Source: an uncultured Phycisphaerales bacterium (GTDB lineage Bacteria > Planctomycetota > Phycisphaerae > Tepidisphaerales > Tepidisphaeraceae). Taken from it: a DNA stretch of 64,000 nucleotides. This document shows, one piece after another, positions 11,448-22,561 of the stretch; positions within the stretch are counted from its first letter, which is position 1; every line of letters starts with the position of its first letter. Position numbers and translations under genes: made by a program. The DNA lies in assembly GCA_963755915.1 (NCBI GenBank), contig CAVWLP010000003.1:1461207-1525206 (forward strand), read 5' to 3'. The notes under the pieces were generated by a model. The model did no database searches. It was not told the DNA's origin and worked only from the letters and a program-made list of their open reading frames with translations.

Positions 11448-13253
11448 TACCGAATGAGATTTCTATTGATCCTGTCTTTGATTTCGATCGCCACGACGTG
11501 CGCGGCGGCGATGACGCTCGCCGAAAACGGCTCGGTCCGGGCGGTTATTGTCGTTGACCCAGACGCTTCCGTGCCCGATCGGCATGCTGCTGATGAGTTG
11601 GCAACCTTCCTCGGGCAGGTGACTGGCGCTTCGTTTCAGATCACTAATGATCCTTCCGCGGGCAAGCCGCGAATTTTGATCGGCGAGGCGGCGGCGCGGC
11701 TCGCCGATCCGGCGTTTTCTGTGAAGGCCCTGGGCAACGAAGGAATCATTATTCGTACACGCGGGAGCGATTTGATTCTCGCCGGCGGCGAGCCGCGCGG
11801 AACGCTCTACGCAGTCTACACATTTTTGGAAGACCAGGTCGAGTGCCATTGGTGGACCCCTGCGGCCAGCACAATTCCGTCTCGGCCCAATCTGGTCATC
11901 GGCGATCTGGACGAACAATTCGTTCCGCCGTTTGAATATCGCGAGACTAACGATCCTGGCGCCTTGGACGGCGACTGGTCCGTGCGAAATAAGTTTAATG
12001 GGTCGTACCATCAGCTTACCGCGACGCAGGGCGGAAAGCATTCTTATATCAGCGTCCTCAAATGGTATAACGCTGGGACGTTTTGGACATTGATTCCGCC
12101 GGAGGTTTACTTCAAAACGCACCCCGAGTGGTTCAGCCTGATCAACGGCGTGCGAAGTTGCGAAACAAACCATTCTTCTCTGTGCCTGACAAATGAAGAG
12201 ATGCGCAAAGAGTTAGTGAAGAATCAGCTTCTTGCGCTAGCGTGGCTGTGGCGTCCGGATGTGGATATGGTTTCGATATCGCAGGACGACGACGGCGGTG
12301 ATCCCGAGCGATGCCAATGTGATAACTGCGTTGCCGTGGAAAAAGAGGAGGGCGCGGCTTCGGGATTGATGATCCACTTCGTCAATTCCGTCGCCGAGGA
12401 TTTGGAAAAAAGCTATCCGAATCTGACGATAACAACGCTCGCATACCATTACACGCAAAAACCACCGTTGCACGCGAGGCCGCGGCACAACGTCGTTGTG
12501 CAACTCTGCGATATCCATTGCTCGTTTGCGGTGCCGTTGTATGATGATCGCAACAAGGACTTCCGCGACGACTTAATCGGATGGACAAAGATTTGCAACC
12601 GACTCTACTTCTGGGATTACGTCGGGGATTTCCATAGCGCGCTGCAGCCGCATCCGAATTTCCGCGTGCTGGGTCTGAACGCAAGATATCTAGCGCAGCT
12701 GGGAGTGAAGGGAATCTTCGGCGAATCACCGGATGGCGAGGTGCCGGGCGCCGATCCCTTGTCGGCGATGCGATACTGGATACTGGGCAAGCTGTATTGG
12801 AATCCCGATTTAGATGTTCAAAAGCTCATGGAGCAGTTCTGCGACGGCTATTACGGTCCGGCGGGCAAAGAGGTTTTGTCTTATATAAACCTGTTGGAAG
12901 ATTCGGTTGCGGTAAGCGGGGATAAACTGGGACTCGACTCACGCGCGGATGCGAAATTTCTTTCGTTCGATGTGATGAGCAAAGCGTGGGAGCACCTTGA
13001 AGCGGCTGATCTCGCCGTCCAGAACGATCCAAAGTTGATTCAACGAGTGCAGTTTCTAAAGCTTTCGGTCGCCTACATATTTCTCTACAATTGGGACAAT
13101 TACCAATTGCAGGCCAGGACCGAGCATACGGCATGGCCCATGTCCAATTCAATTGACGAAGTGGGAAAGCAATTCGAACAATCGGCGGTCGCGAACGGAA
13201 TTGAAGCGAATCGGCTTTCGCTGCCCGCAAACGCGATGAGAGCTTTGCAATGA
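11448..13253 (+). CDS. Secreted DUF4838-family protein with a GH67/GH20-N-like N-terminal domain
   Basis: Signal peptide; AADELATFL, LAGGEPRGTLYAVYTFLE, FEYRE, HPEWFSL, LCLTN, CQCDNC and TLAY motifs. Confidence 0.75.
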   Translation, partial: YRMRFLLILSLISIATTCAAAMTLAENGSVRAVIVVDPDASVPDRHAADELATFLGQVTGASFQITNDPSAGKPRILIGEAAARLADPAFSVKALGNEGIIIRTRGSDLILAGGEPRGTLYAVYTFLEDQVECHWWTPAASTIPSRPNLVIGDLDEQFVPPFEYRETNDPGALDGDWSVRNKFNGSYHQLTATQGGKHSYISVLKWYNAGTFWTLIPPEVYFKTHPEWFSLINGVRSCETNHSSLCLTNEEMRKELVKNQLLALAWLWRPDVDMVSISQDDDGGDPERCQCDNCVAVEKEEGAASGLMIHFVNSVAEDLEKSYPNLTITTLAYHYTQKPPLHARPRHNVVVQLCDIHCSFAVPLYDDRNKDFRDDLIGWTKICNRLYFWDYVGDFHSALQPHPNFRVLGLNARYLAQLGVKGIFGESPDGEVPGADPLSAMRYWILGKLYWNPDLDVQKLMEQFCDGYYGPAGKEVLSYINLLEDSVAVSGDKLGLDSRADAKFLSFDVMSKAWEHLEAADLAVQNDPKLIQRVQFLKLSVAYIFLYNWDNYQLQARTEHTAWPMSNSIDEVGKQFEQSAVANGIEANRLSLPANAMRALQ

Positions 13254-13281
13254 ATTTCATGGTAACCGGGAGTTTTCTTCA

Positions 13282-15511
13282 ATGAATGAAAAGCGGAATC
13301 CGGATATGGAATCGCTGCCCGCTGGAAAGTCTCGCCCGCCCGTGCCGCTCAGGCACTTTCCCGACGCGCTGCACGCGGCGGTTTGGCGGAATTGGGACCT
13401 GGTTCCGACGCAGCGGCTGGCGGAAGTTTTTGAAAGCGCGACAAAGCAGCTGCAGGAAATCGCGGAATCAATGGGCCTCGAAAAGCAAAAGCAGTTGCGG
13501 CCGGATGTAATCCAGCGGTCTTACGTGACGCTCATTCGGCGCAATTGGCACCTGTTGCCGTACAAGCAGTTGTGCGAATTGATCGGCTGGGATGCGCCGA
13601 CGATGATGCACGCGCTGCAGGAGGACGATTTTCTATGGGTTAAGCTTGGCATGCAAAAGCCGAAGTGTGAGCCCGTTGTTTATCGTCCGCCAAATGTCGA
13701 GGCGCGGCGGAAAGCGGCCTGGATTGAAAAAACGGTTAGAGAAGAAATGGGCTCTGCCTTGCGGCGCGAAACTGAACCGCCGCTGACTTTCATCGATCAA
13801 TATTCGATTGGGCGAGCGGTCGAGGCTCCGCAAAATAGGAGGCGATCTGACCGTTTCGAATTGCGGATGGTTTATCCGTATTTCCTCCGCTATGGGGATC
13901 CCCTTGTGGGTTCTGCGATCGATGACATTCCGGAAACGTTTCTCGCCGAATTGGCGGGTGTTGGCGTCAACGCGATCTGGCTGCAAGGTGTGCTTCGCGA
14001 GCTCGCGCCTTGGAGTCTTGATCGGTCGCAGTCGGCCGGTTGGGAAGAGCGGATGCAGAATCTTAATCGGTTGGTGGATCGCTGCCGCAAATTCGGAATC
14101 GGAGTCTATCTCTATTTGAACGAACCCCGTTCCTTGCCGGATTCTTTTTTTCAGCGACATCGGGAACTTCGTGGTGTTCCGGAAAGTGTCGATCGTCCCG
14201 GGCAATCCCCAAACAGTTTTACTCTTTGCACGAGCGTGCCGGAGGTGAAGGAGTTTCTGACAAACTCCGTGGAGCACGTTTTTAGAAAAGTGCCGTGCCT
14301 GGCCGGGGCGTTCACGATTACCTTCAGCGAAAATCTGACGAACTGCTATTCGCGAGAATATGATGACGCTCACGCCTGCCCGCGATGCCGCGCACGCGGT
14401 CCAGAAACGGTTATCGCGGAGGTGAACGAATTGATCGCCTGTGGAATGAAAAATGCAGGGGTCAAGGCAAACCTTTTGGTTTATGACTGGGCATGGCCGG
14501 AGAAGTGGGTCGAAGGAATAATCGAGCGGCTACCAAAGGAATCTTGGCTGATGCGCGTAAGCGAGTGGGGCAAACCGTTCCAGCGCGGGGATTTTAGCGG
14601 CGAAGTAGGAGAGTATTCGATCTCGGTTGTGGGGCCCAGTGACAAAAGTAAACTTCATTGGGAGCTGGCGCAAGCGAGGCTTGAAAACAGTCGCCAAGGT
14701 TCAGATCAGCAATTCGTGGGAACTGGCGAATGTCCACTATATCCCGGCGATGAGATTGGTCGCGGAACACTTGAGTAACCTGTGCCGCGCTGACGTGGAC
14801 GGGCTAATGCTGGGGTGGACGCTGGGGGGATTGCCATGTTTGAATTTTCACATTGTAGCAGAATTTCTGGATCGATCGCGGGATGTGACGCCGCAGTCGG
14901 CGATGCTGGCCGTCGCGGAAAAAGTCTTTGGCGAAGATGTTGCTCCGGAGATTGTGTGCGCGTGGGATCGATTCAGCGACGCGTTCGCTGAATTCCCGTT
15001 CGATCTTAAAGTTGTGTATTACGCTCCGCTTCAGATGGGACCAGCCAATCTGCTTTACTCTGAGCCGACCGGATATTCCGCTACAATGTGCGGGATTCCT
15101 TACGACGATCTCGAAGGCTGGTGCGGGCCGTATCGGGCCGATACGTTACGCAAACAGTTTACGAAGGTTGGCGATGGTTTCAGAGAAGGAATCTCGTTGC
15201 TTGCGGCTGTGCTTCGGAAAGCGCCCTCGCGTGAATTGGCCGAGCACGTGCGAACTTCCGAGGCGGCCGCCATTCATTTTCGATCGATTGCGAATCAAAT
15301 CCGCTTCATTCAAAACCGCGGCTCGAATTCGGAATTGCTTAAGACTTTGCTGCGATCCGAGATCGATCTCGCCCGGCGGATGTGCGACTTGGTGGGCGAG
15401 GATTCGCGAATCGGATTCGAGGCGACGAACCATTACTTTTATACGCGAGCTGAATTGATCGAGAAAATTCTGAATTGCCGTCATTTATATGAGAACCTGG
15501 GCCAGTCGTGA
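13282..15511 (+). CDS. Conserved hypothetical protein, probable TIM-barrel glycosidase-like fold; frameshift ~14680
   Basis: Two long adjacent ORFs (13282-14778 and 14627-15511) join into one protein. Motifs include HFPDALHAAVWRNW, GVNAIWLQ, YLYLNEP, SENLTNC and IGFEATNHYFY. Confidence 0.65.
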
Positions 15512-15552
15512 GAAATGATTTTAGTGATATTCGAGAGTTGAAAGGAGAGCTG

Positions 15553-15981
15553 ATGACAATGCGAGGCGTGGAATACATTACCTCCGGCTTACCCAAGCCG
15601 CGCTTGCCTTATTCGCCGGCGGTTCGAGCCGGAGACTATCTGTTTGTTTCGGGTCAGGCATCGGTTGCTGATGGCGAAATCGTGCACGATACTTTCGAGC
15701 GCGAGATGCGAAGAACGATGGAGAACGTGCGTGCAATCCTGAAGGCGGCGGGCCTGGGGTTCGAGTGTATCGTCAGCGTGAAGTCGTACCTCGCGAAGCA
15801 GAGAGATTTAAAGCAATACAACGAGCTGTACCGCGAATATTTTACCGAGCCATTTCCCGCGAGGACTACTCTTGTGAATTGCCTGGGGACGGTTGTGAAA
15901 TTTGAGATTGACGTGGTCGCTTATGCAGGCTCGTCCGGGAAGCGGCGCAAAGCGGCCGGCAAAAGGTCAGGCAGGCGATAA
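15553..15981 (+). CDS. RidA/YjgF family enamine/imine deaminase
   Basis: PYSPAVRAGDYLFVSGQ, FPARTT (catalytic Arg) and EIDVVA. GGAG ribosome-binding site before 15553. Confidence 0.9.
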   Translation: MTMRGVEYITSGLPKPRLPYSPAVRAGDYLFVSGQASVADGEIVHDTFEREMRRTMENVRAILKAAGLGFECIVSVKSYLAKQRDLKQYNELYREYFTEPFPARTTLVNCLGTVVKFEIDVVAYAGSSGKRRKAAGKRSGRR

Positions 15982-16042
15982 AGGCGGTTGGACAAAAGTC
16001 TGCGTTTTCGCGATCTCTTCTATCACGCCAAGCGATTCAGCA

Positions 16043-17508
16043 TCACTCCCAGTCATATCCGTAAAGGACGGAATCCTTAATGTAGAAACGAATGCGTACC
16101 GGGTCGCGAGGCAGCGAAGCGCTTCCCTTCCATCGCAAGGGCGCGAATTTTTGGTCGCCGCGAAAGGCATCGCTCTCTTCTTTTGAAAAACCGGGTATTG
16201 GCTTGTATTCGGAATCGAGCAATTCCGCCCGAATCTCGCCCGCACGTTTCGCGGCAGCATTGAGATGCAAAACGCTTCCACTGATCGGAAGAACTTTGGT
16301 AGTGAGATGCGCCGTTCCTCCGCCATCGGAGTTGACCGCGCCGTAGAATCGGCCAAGCTCCCAACTTGCCCGGCAAAGTGCGCCGCCGCGGAACATGCGC
16401 ATGTCGGGCGTGGTCTGGTAGACATCGCCGTGAAGGCCGGCAAGGGCTCCGTAATAGACGTAGAGACGTCCGTCATGCTCGATTGGCGTGCGAAACGGCC
16501 AGATCATTCCACCGCCGTAGTCGCCCAGCGGGGCGTTTGGAAGGCAAGGGCTGCGCGGAATCGGCGCCAAAATTTCACGCCATCCGCCGACGCGGAAAAC
16601 TGCAAGTCCATACGTTGTGTCAACGAGTGATACATCGTCACGAGCCCGAGATATCCGCCGCGATAGGGATAGCGGCCAACTTCCATAATCTGGTCGGCGG
16701 CATTGTCGTGAATATCGGGTAGGACCAGGGGCTTTCCGTCGGACCAGTTCGTGCCATCGGCGCTGGTTCGCTGGTTCGCGACCCGGCAAATGTTCTGTGC
16801 GCACTCATATCGTGGGATGACGTTGCCCGGACCGGCGGGAGCGGCCATCTTGAAATGTGCGACGTACCCTTTGGAGTCGCGGTAGATGTAGCACGAATCG
16901 CCGGTCTTCAGATTCAGCGGCCCTTCAATTCCGCGCCAGTGTAATCCGTCTGCGGAACGATAACGGTAAAGCCCGTAATACTTCCATACATCCGTGGAAT
17001 CTTTCGCCGGGGTCTGATTGAAACCCGCCACGCACATCGCCGGGCAGCGCCAGTGAACTTCGCGGAAGCAAAACATCTCATATCGGTTTTCCCTGGCAGC
17101 CTGGGGGTCGATTGAGACGGACGCGTAAGCAGTTCGGCCACCGGAATCGTTGTCGAAAATGAGGTTCGTGGGTTTTCCGTTCCACTGGACCAAATCGAGC
17201 GACGGCCGACGCCAGTGAACTCCATCGTCGCTTTCAATGTAAGCCAGGCGGAATTCGCATTCGTTAAGCTTCTCGGGAGAATCGCTGGACATGACCGGCG
17301 TCCATCCCTTGAACTTGCCGTCGATCGGATCTTTTAAAATCGTTCCGTGGCCGACTGCGGGTGTCGCATCGTCCCAGGGATTGTCCCCCTCGAGCAGGGG
17401 GTTGTTCGGATCGAGTTTCGCTTGCTCAACCCTCCACGCTACCCGATAATGTTGTTCGAACAAATCCTCGAAGAAGATTGGGGGAAGCCTGTCTTTTTTG
17501 TTTTCCAT
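16043..17508 (-). CDS. Uncharacterised five-bladed beta-propeller (GH43/32/130-like fold) protein, paralogue P1; frameshift ~16570
   Basis: ESDDGVHWRRP, SADGLHW, PLGDYGGGMIW and LYGY. Clear similarity to 26658-28259, 50152-51751 and 51775-53289. Confidence 0.65.
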
Positions 17509-17621
17509 GCGTTTCTCAGTTCTCTTGCGGAGTTGTTATGCACATCCGTGCAATTCTTGCCGGGCGTAATCCCAGCCGATCATTGCCGTTGGGCCGACAC
17601 GATCCCCATCCCGACAGCCTG

Positions 17622-17651
17622 AATCTAACCATATAGTACCACGTAGAACCA
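17622..17651 (-). promoter_or_regulatory. Phased decamer operator array TGGTTCTACG|TGGTACTATA|TGGTTAGATT
   Basis: Three TGGT repeats at exact 10-bp spacing upstream of P1. Confidence 0.7.
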
Positions 17652-17834
17652 TGGTATCGGATTCATCTTGAAAATGCCAGCGAAATCCTCGCTTTGCCCT
17701 ATGAGCGGTGGTCGCGCTCTCCGTTGCCGCACACCCAAACGGCTCCGCACAGGCCAATTTCGCTCATCACCTCGGATTAGCGGATTGCGGCAAATTTTGA
17801 GCGGTTTGCCGCGTGCGCGATTTTTTCTTGAAAC

Positions 17835-17864
17835 TGGTACAAAGTGATATATAAAGGTATAAAC
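17835..17864 (+). promoter_or_regulatory. Phased decamer operator array TGGTACAAAG|TGATATATAA|AGGTATAAAC
   Basis: Upstream of the 17931 operon. Identical at 17 of 18 positions to 62670-62687. Confidence 0.75.
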
Positions 17865-17930
17865 CCATGGCTCCGGACGGGTGATCGCCGTGGCGAGATG
17901 TGAATACGCATTCAGCTAGGAGTTCATGCG

Positions 17931-20591
17931 ATGTCTGAAAGCCGCATCAGCATTCTTTGGAACCTGTCCCCAGCTCAGGCACTCTTTGAAATTATCCGCG
18001 GAGAGCTGCGGGAGGGCCGCGTTGTCGCCGGCGAAGCCGAGATTCGCGATCGGCAATTTACGTCGTTGCGAGCCGGGCCGGTGCGGCTGGAACTAACCAT
18101 CGATGGAGAAGGGGCCGCCATCGGAGCAAACCCCACTCTGGTGCAGGTAAAGAACGGTTTGCAGTCGTTTACCTTCATGCTCCGCGATGTGCGCCGCGAT
18201 TTCCCGATTTTCATACCGGCCTATGGAGTGGCGGTTACGGCCACCGATGACACTCGCAGTTATCGCGAGATTCGGCAGGCGATCGCCGACAAGAAACAGC
18301 TCAGCAACCTTCAACAGATCGATAATGATCCCGAGGAGTCTTTTGAGGAAGCCGCAAAACATACGCGTGCCGTCGAGTGCCCGATTTGGATGGGTGTAAG
18401 CCGCGACGTGCGCATCTTTGAGATGGGCCTTCGCTATCCGATGCACGTGACCGACTATATCCAGCCGAGGTTCCACGGCCTTGGATACTTTGGTCCGAAT
18501 GTTCCTGATCTCGAGAAGCAATATCTTTGCGACCGATACGGCTTTGTCGCCGGTCGCGGGTGGGAGTGCACAGAAAAGACGTGGCGGTATCTGGACGATG
18601 GTTCGCTCCCGATCCTCCACATGGTGCGGGAAGATGATGACCTTCGTTATGAGCTGACGGCTTTTGCAACGCTGGAGCGCAGCCCGCTGGCGTCCGATCA
18701 TATTCGCGGAACCCATTTTATGGTGGCCGACGGGCTATCGGTTTGTCACGCCTTCACGGAGGAGCAGGAGAAGCAATATCAATCGCTTCGCGAAAGCGAA
18801 TTGAACCGCGACGAAGAAACCGTGCTCTTTTGCCGAATCGTCGCCCTCAACACGGCTCGCGTGCCTCGATATGCGATGTTCAAGGCGGTGCATCCGCTTG
18901 CGCATTATGGGTACATGAACCAACCGAAATATACCTTTGAATCGAACACTGGATTTGCGAAGCAATCGAAATCGGGACAGGTGTTCGCGATTTCGAAGCT
19001 GGATGGCAATCCGCTGCCGCAAACGGAAATTGCCGTGCTGGTGGAGCCCGGGAAGACCTGCGTCTACGAGTTCTTGTTGCCGCATCGTCCGATTTCGCAC
19101 GAGAGGGCGATTGCGCTTGCCGAACACAATGTCGAGCAGCGCCTGAGCGAATGCAGGGGATTCTGGAAAGGTAAGCTAGAGGCGGCGGCGCAGATCGAAC
19201 TGCCCGAGAAGCGCATCGAAGAGATGGTGAAGGCGGGCTTTTTACAGCAGGAGCTGGTCACCTACGGCCACGAGCCGCGAGGAACCCTGGTCATGACGAA
19301 CGGCACTTATTCAGCCGTGAGCTCAGAGATTTGGGAGAACATCGCGTTTTTTAACTCTCTGGGACTTCATGACATCGCGCGGCGATCGTATCAATATTTT
19401 CTCGAAAAGCAGCACGAAAACGGCTTCATGCAAAACTTTCTTGGGTACATGCTGGATACGGGCTGCGTGCTCATGGGTCTCGCCCAACACTTTCGATATA
19501 CGCGCGACGAGGCTTGGGCTAAGGCGATTTCACCCAACGTGATCAAGGCCTGCCAATATCTTTTGAAATGGAGAAAGCGCAATCGAAAAGAAGAATTGCG
19601 AGGCAAGGGCTACGGGCTATTGGAAGGCCAAGTGGCGGATCCTGAGGACAATGAGCGGATCTACTTCCTAAACGCGTTTGCATACGCGGGACTTCGAGGA
19701 GCCGCGGCTCTTTTGGAGAATGTTGACCCGAAGATATCGCAGCAAGTCAGCGAGCAAGCCGATCAATTCAAAACTGATCTGCGGAACGCCTTTTTTGATT
19801 CGCTGGCTTCCGGTCCGGTGGTACCGCTTGCTGATGGAACGTGGTCGCCGACGGCGGCGCCGTGGGTCGGGCCCTCGGGGCCGATGTGTCTCTTCCTCGA
19901 CGCCAAGGCCTGGTGGACACATGGGTCCGCCACGGTGCGCGACGATATTCTTGGCCCGATTCAATTGATTGCCGGGAAAGTCCTTGATCCCAAAGAGCAG
20001 GCGGCGAAGTTTTTGTTGAACTACTCAAACGAACTGATGTTTTCACGAAATGTCGCGTCGAGCCAGCCGTATTATTTGCAGCATCCGGAAATCCATCTTC
20101 ACCGAAACGAAGTGAAGCCGTTTTTGAAGACCTATTACAATTCCTTTTCCGCTCTGGCCGATCGCGAGACTTATTCCTGGTGGGAACACTTTTTCCACGC
20201 TAGTCCGCACAAGACGCACGAAACCGCCGGATTCCTGATGCAGACCCGCCATATGCTTTGGCTGGAAGACGGTGACACGCTGAAGCTTTTAGCGGGCGTT
20301 CCCCGCGCATGGCTCGCATCCGGAAAGGTAATTCAATTTAAAAATGTCGGCAGCTTTTTTGGACACCTGTCGTTCAAAGCGGCGTCCGAGGTGGAGTCGG
20401 GAACAATAGAGGCTGGCATCACTTGTGAGGACCCGAAACGTAAGCCCCAAAGAGTTACTATTCGGTTGCCGCATCCTCTGGGCCAACGACCGAATCGGGT
20501 CGAGGGCGGACAATACGACCCCGAACTGGAAACCGTGACGATTGACGATTTCCGAGGCAAAGCGACGATGAAATTGCGATTTGCCGTCTGA
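17931..20591 (+). CDS. Hypothetical protein with a probable (alpha/alpha)6 six-hairpin glycosidase-like C-terminal domain
   Basis: 886 aa with HFRYTRDEAW, GQVADPED, NAFAYAGL, WWEHF and LLAGVPRAWL, typical of six-hairpin glycosidase-like proteins. Confidence 0.55.
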   Translation: MSESRISILWNLSPAQALFEIIRGELREGRVVAGEAEIRDRQFTSLRAGPVRLELTIDGEGAAIGANPTLVQVKNGLQSFTFMLRDVRRDFPIFIPAYGVAVTATDDTRSYREIRQAIADKKQLSNLQQIDNDPEESFEEAAKHTRAVECPIWMGVSRDVRIFEMGLRYPMHVTDYIQPRFHGLGYFGPNVPDLEKQYLCDRYGFVAGRGWECTEKTWRYLDDGSLPILHMVREDDDLRYELTAFATLERSPLASDHIRGTHFMVADGLSVCHAFTEEQEKQYQSLRESELNRDEETVLFCRIVALNTARVPRYAMFKAVHPLAHYGYMNQPKYTFESNTGFAKQSKSGQVFAISKLDGNPLPQTEIAVLVEPGKTCVYEFLLPHRPISHERAIALAEHNVEQRLSECRGFWKGKLEAAAQIELPEKRIEEMVKAGFLQQELVTYGHEPRGTLVMTNGTYSAVSSEIWENIAFFNSLGLHDIARRSYQYFLEKQHENGFMQNFLGYMLDTGCVLMGLAQHFRYTRDEAWAKAISPNVIKACQYLLKWRKRNRKEELRGKGYGLLEGQVADPEDNERIYFLNAFAYAGLRGAAALLENVDPKISQQVSEQADQFKTDLRNAFFDSLASGPVVPLADGTWSPTAAPWVGPSGPMCLFLDAKAWWTHGSATVRDDILGPIQLIAGKVLDPKEQAAKFLLNYSNELMFSRNVASSQPYYLQHPEIHLHRNEVKPFLKTYYNSFSALADRETYSWWEHFFHASPHKTHETAGFLMQTRHMLWLEDGDTLKLLAGVPRAWLASGKVIQFKNVGSFFGHLSFKAASEVESGTIEAGITCEDPKRKPQRVTIRLPHPLGQRPNRVEGGQYDPELETVTIDDFRGKATMKLRFAV

Positions 20592-20631
20592 AGTTGTTTT
20601 GGCACGCGGCGCAATCCTGCAGGAGAAGAAG

Positions 20632-21369
20632 ATGAACGTATTGTTTGTGGGCGCTGATCCCGACGACATCGAGTTGTGGGCTGGCGGCACGGCGGCGCTT
20701 TACGCGCGGCAGGGCAACGCCGTCTATTTTTGCGTTGCAACGAATGGAAACGTGGGTTCCTCAACGCTTCCACCGGCGGAAATCGCCGCGATTCGCCGCG
20801 TCGAGGCGGGACGCGCCGCGGCGGTCATCGGAGCTGAGCTCATTTGGCTCGATTTTGACGACGAATTTCTTCTTGATACCCGAGACAGCCGCCTGGCGAT
20901 CATCGAAGCTATCCGGCGCACTAAGCCAGACGTGATATTCTGCCACTGGCGACAAGACTACAACCCGGATCATTCGATCAGCGGAATGCTGGTTGATGAA
21001 TGCGCTCACATGGCCGGCGTTCCAAATATCATAACGGCCTCTGCGCCATTCGGTGGGATTCCCCACGTTTATTTCATGGATACTCCGGCGGGCGTGGGTT
21101 TTGAGCCTGAGATCTACACCGATATCACCGAGACATTCGCTGTGAAAATTGAGATGGTTCGCCAGCATGCAACCCAGGGAAGCTGGATGAAAACAATATT
21201 CGGCTACGACCTGGAAAGTTTTCTGGAAATACCGGCTAAGTTTCGTGGATTACAGGCGGGCTGTCCCATGGCGGAGGCTTTCCGTCCCAGCTACCGCTGG
21301 GGCCGTACGTTTACCGAGCATTATCTGCCGAACTGCTCTCGCGCCAAACCAAGAGAAGAACAAATATGA
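20632..21369 (+). CDS. PIG-L/LmbE family de-N-acetylase
   Basis: GADPDDIE (a variant of AHPDD), ATNGNVG, IRRVEA, DYNPDH and AEAF. AGGAG ribosome-binding site. Confidence 0.85.
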   Translation: MNVLFVGADPDDIELWAGGTAALYARQGNAVYFCVATNGNVGSSTLPPAEIAAIRRVEAGRAAAVIGAELIWLDFDDEFLLDTRDSRLAIIEAIRRTKPDVIFCHWRQDYNPDHSISGMLVDECAHMAGVPNIITASAPFGGIPHVYFMDTPAGVGFEPEIYTDITETFAVKIEMVRQHATQGSWMKTIFGYDLESFLEIPAKFRGLQAGCPMAEAFRPSYRWGRTFTEHYLPNCSRAKPREEQI

Positions 21370-22484
21370 AAATCAAACAAGTCATTTGCCAAATCCTTCG
21401 AATTGAGTCCGTGGAACATAAGACCGCCGGCACGCAGGACACGGTTCTGGTCCGCATACGAACGGACAATGGCCTTGAAGGCATCGGAGAGGCGGACGCT
21501 TCGCCCGAGGTGGTCAAAGCGATCATTGATGCGCCATTCAGTCACAACATCGCATGCGGTTTGCGAGAGCTTCTTATCGGAGAAAACGCCCTCGAGACCG
21601 ACCGCCTTTGGCAAAAGATGTATCGGCGGACGATGTATTTCGGACGCCGGGCCGTGGGAATTTCGGCCATCTCGGCCGTCGATATGGCCCTCTGGGATTT
21701 GAAGGGCAAGCTCTTTAACCAGCCAATTCACCGTTTGCTGGGCGGCAAGCGCCATGACCGTGTTCTGGCATACGCTTCGATTCTATTCGGCCGCGACGGC
21801 AAGCAAACAGCCGACATCGCGCGGCGATGGCGCGCGGCGGGTTATCGCGCGATCAAATTCGGCTGGGAACCGATGGGGGTTTCTGAGCAGCTCGATGTGG
21901 AGTTGGTCGCCGGCGCCAGAGAGGGAATTGAAGACGGACAATTGATGATCGATGCGGGCTGCGTTTGGGACGCGCGCACGGCGCTACAGCGAGCAAATCG
22001 CTTTAGGGATTATCGCATCACCTGGCTCGAAGAGCCGTTGTCGCAGGATGACCTGGAAGGCTATGTCTGGCTTCGCGATCATTCACCAGTGCCAATCGCC
22101 GCCGGCGAAGGCGAATGCGGCCGCGCGGCCTTCCAACCGTGGATCGATCGCCGCGCACTGGACGTATATCAGGTGGATCTTGCTCGCAACGGATTTACCG
22201 ATTCCGCGTATATCCGCCAGCGCGTCGAGGAAATTGGCGCCAGGCTTTGCAATCATTGTTACAAGACGCCGATCAGTGTGGCCGCTTGTCTCCATTGGCT
22301 CAGCACGTGCCAGGGAGCGTTTGTGTTTGAGGATTGCGTGGAAGACTCGCCTCTGCGGCACGAGTTAACGCACGAAAAAATGCAGGCGAAGGACGGTTAC
22401 ATTGCCGTTCCCGATGCACCGGGTCTGGGTGTTACCCTGAACGAGGACTTTGTTAAACGTTTCCTGGTTGCGGAGTCAGACTAG
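21366..22484 (+). CDS. Mandelate racemase/muconate lactonising enzyme family (acid-sugar dehydratase-like)
   Basis: AISAVDMALWDLKGK, KFGW, MIDAG, WLEEP, AAGE and PGLGV. Confidence 0.9.
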   Translation: MKIKQVICQILRIESVEHKTAGTQDTVLVRIRTDNGLEGIGEADASPEVVKAIIDAPFSHNIACGLRELLIGENALETDRLWQKMYRRTMYFGRRAVGISAISAVDMALWDLKGKLFNQPIHRLLGGKRHDRVLAYASILFGRDGKQTADIARRWRAAGYRAIKFGWEPMGVSEQLDVELVAGAREGIEDGQLMIDAGCVWDARTALQRANRFRDYRITWLEEPLSQDDLEGYVWLRDHSPVPIAAGEGECGRAAFQPWIDRRALDVYQVDLARNGFTDSAYIRQRVEEIGARLCNHCYKTPISVAACLHWLSTCQGAFVFEDCVEDSPLRHELTHEKMQAKDGYIAVPDAPGLGVTLNEDFVKRFLVAESD

Positions 22485-22561
22485 CAGGCGGCGCCGTTCT
22501 CAAAAAAAGATATCCCGAGATTACCGGCTGGCGTTGTCAGCGCTTCTGTCATATCTAACGA

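Noticed and set aside
7337-16600. Programmed ribosomal frameshifting
   Set aside because: No consistent slippery motif was seen, and the affected families are unrelated ordinary enzymes.
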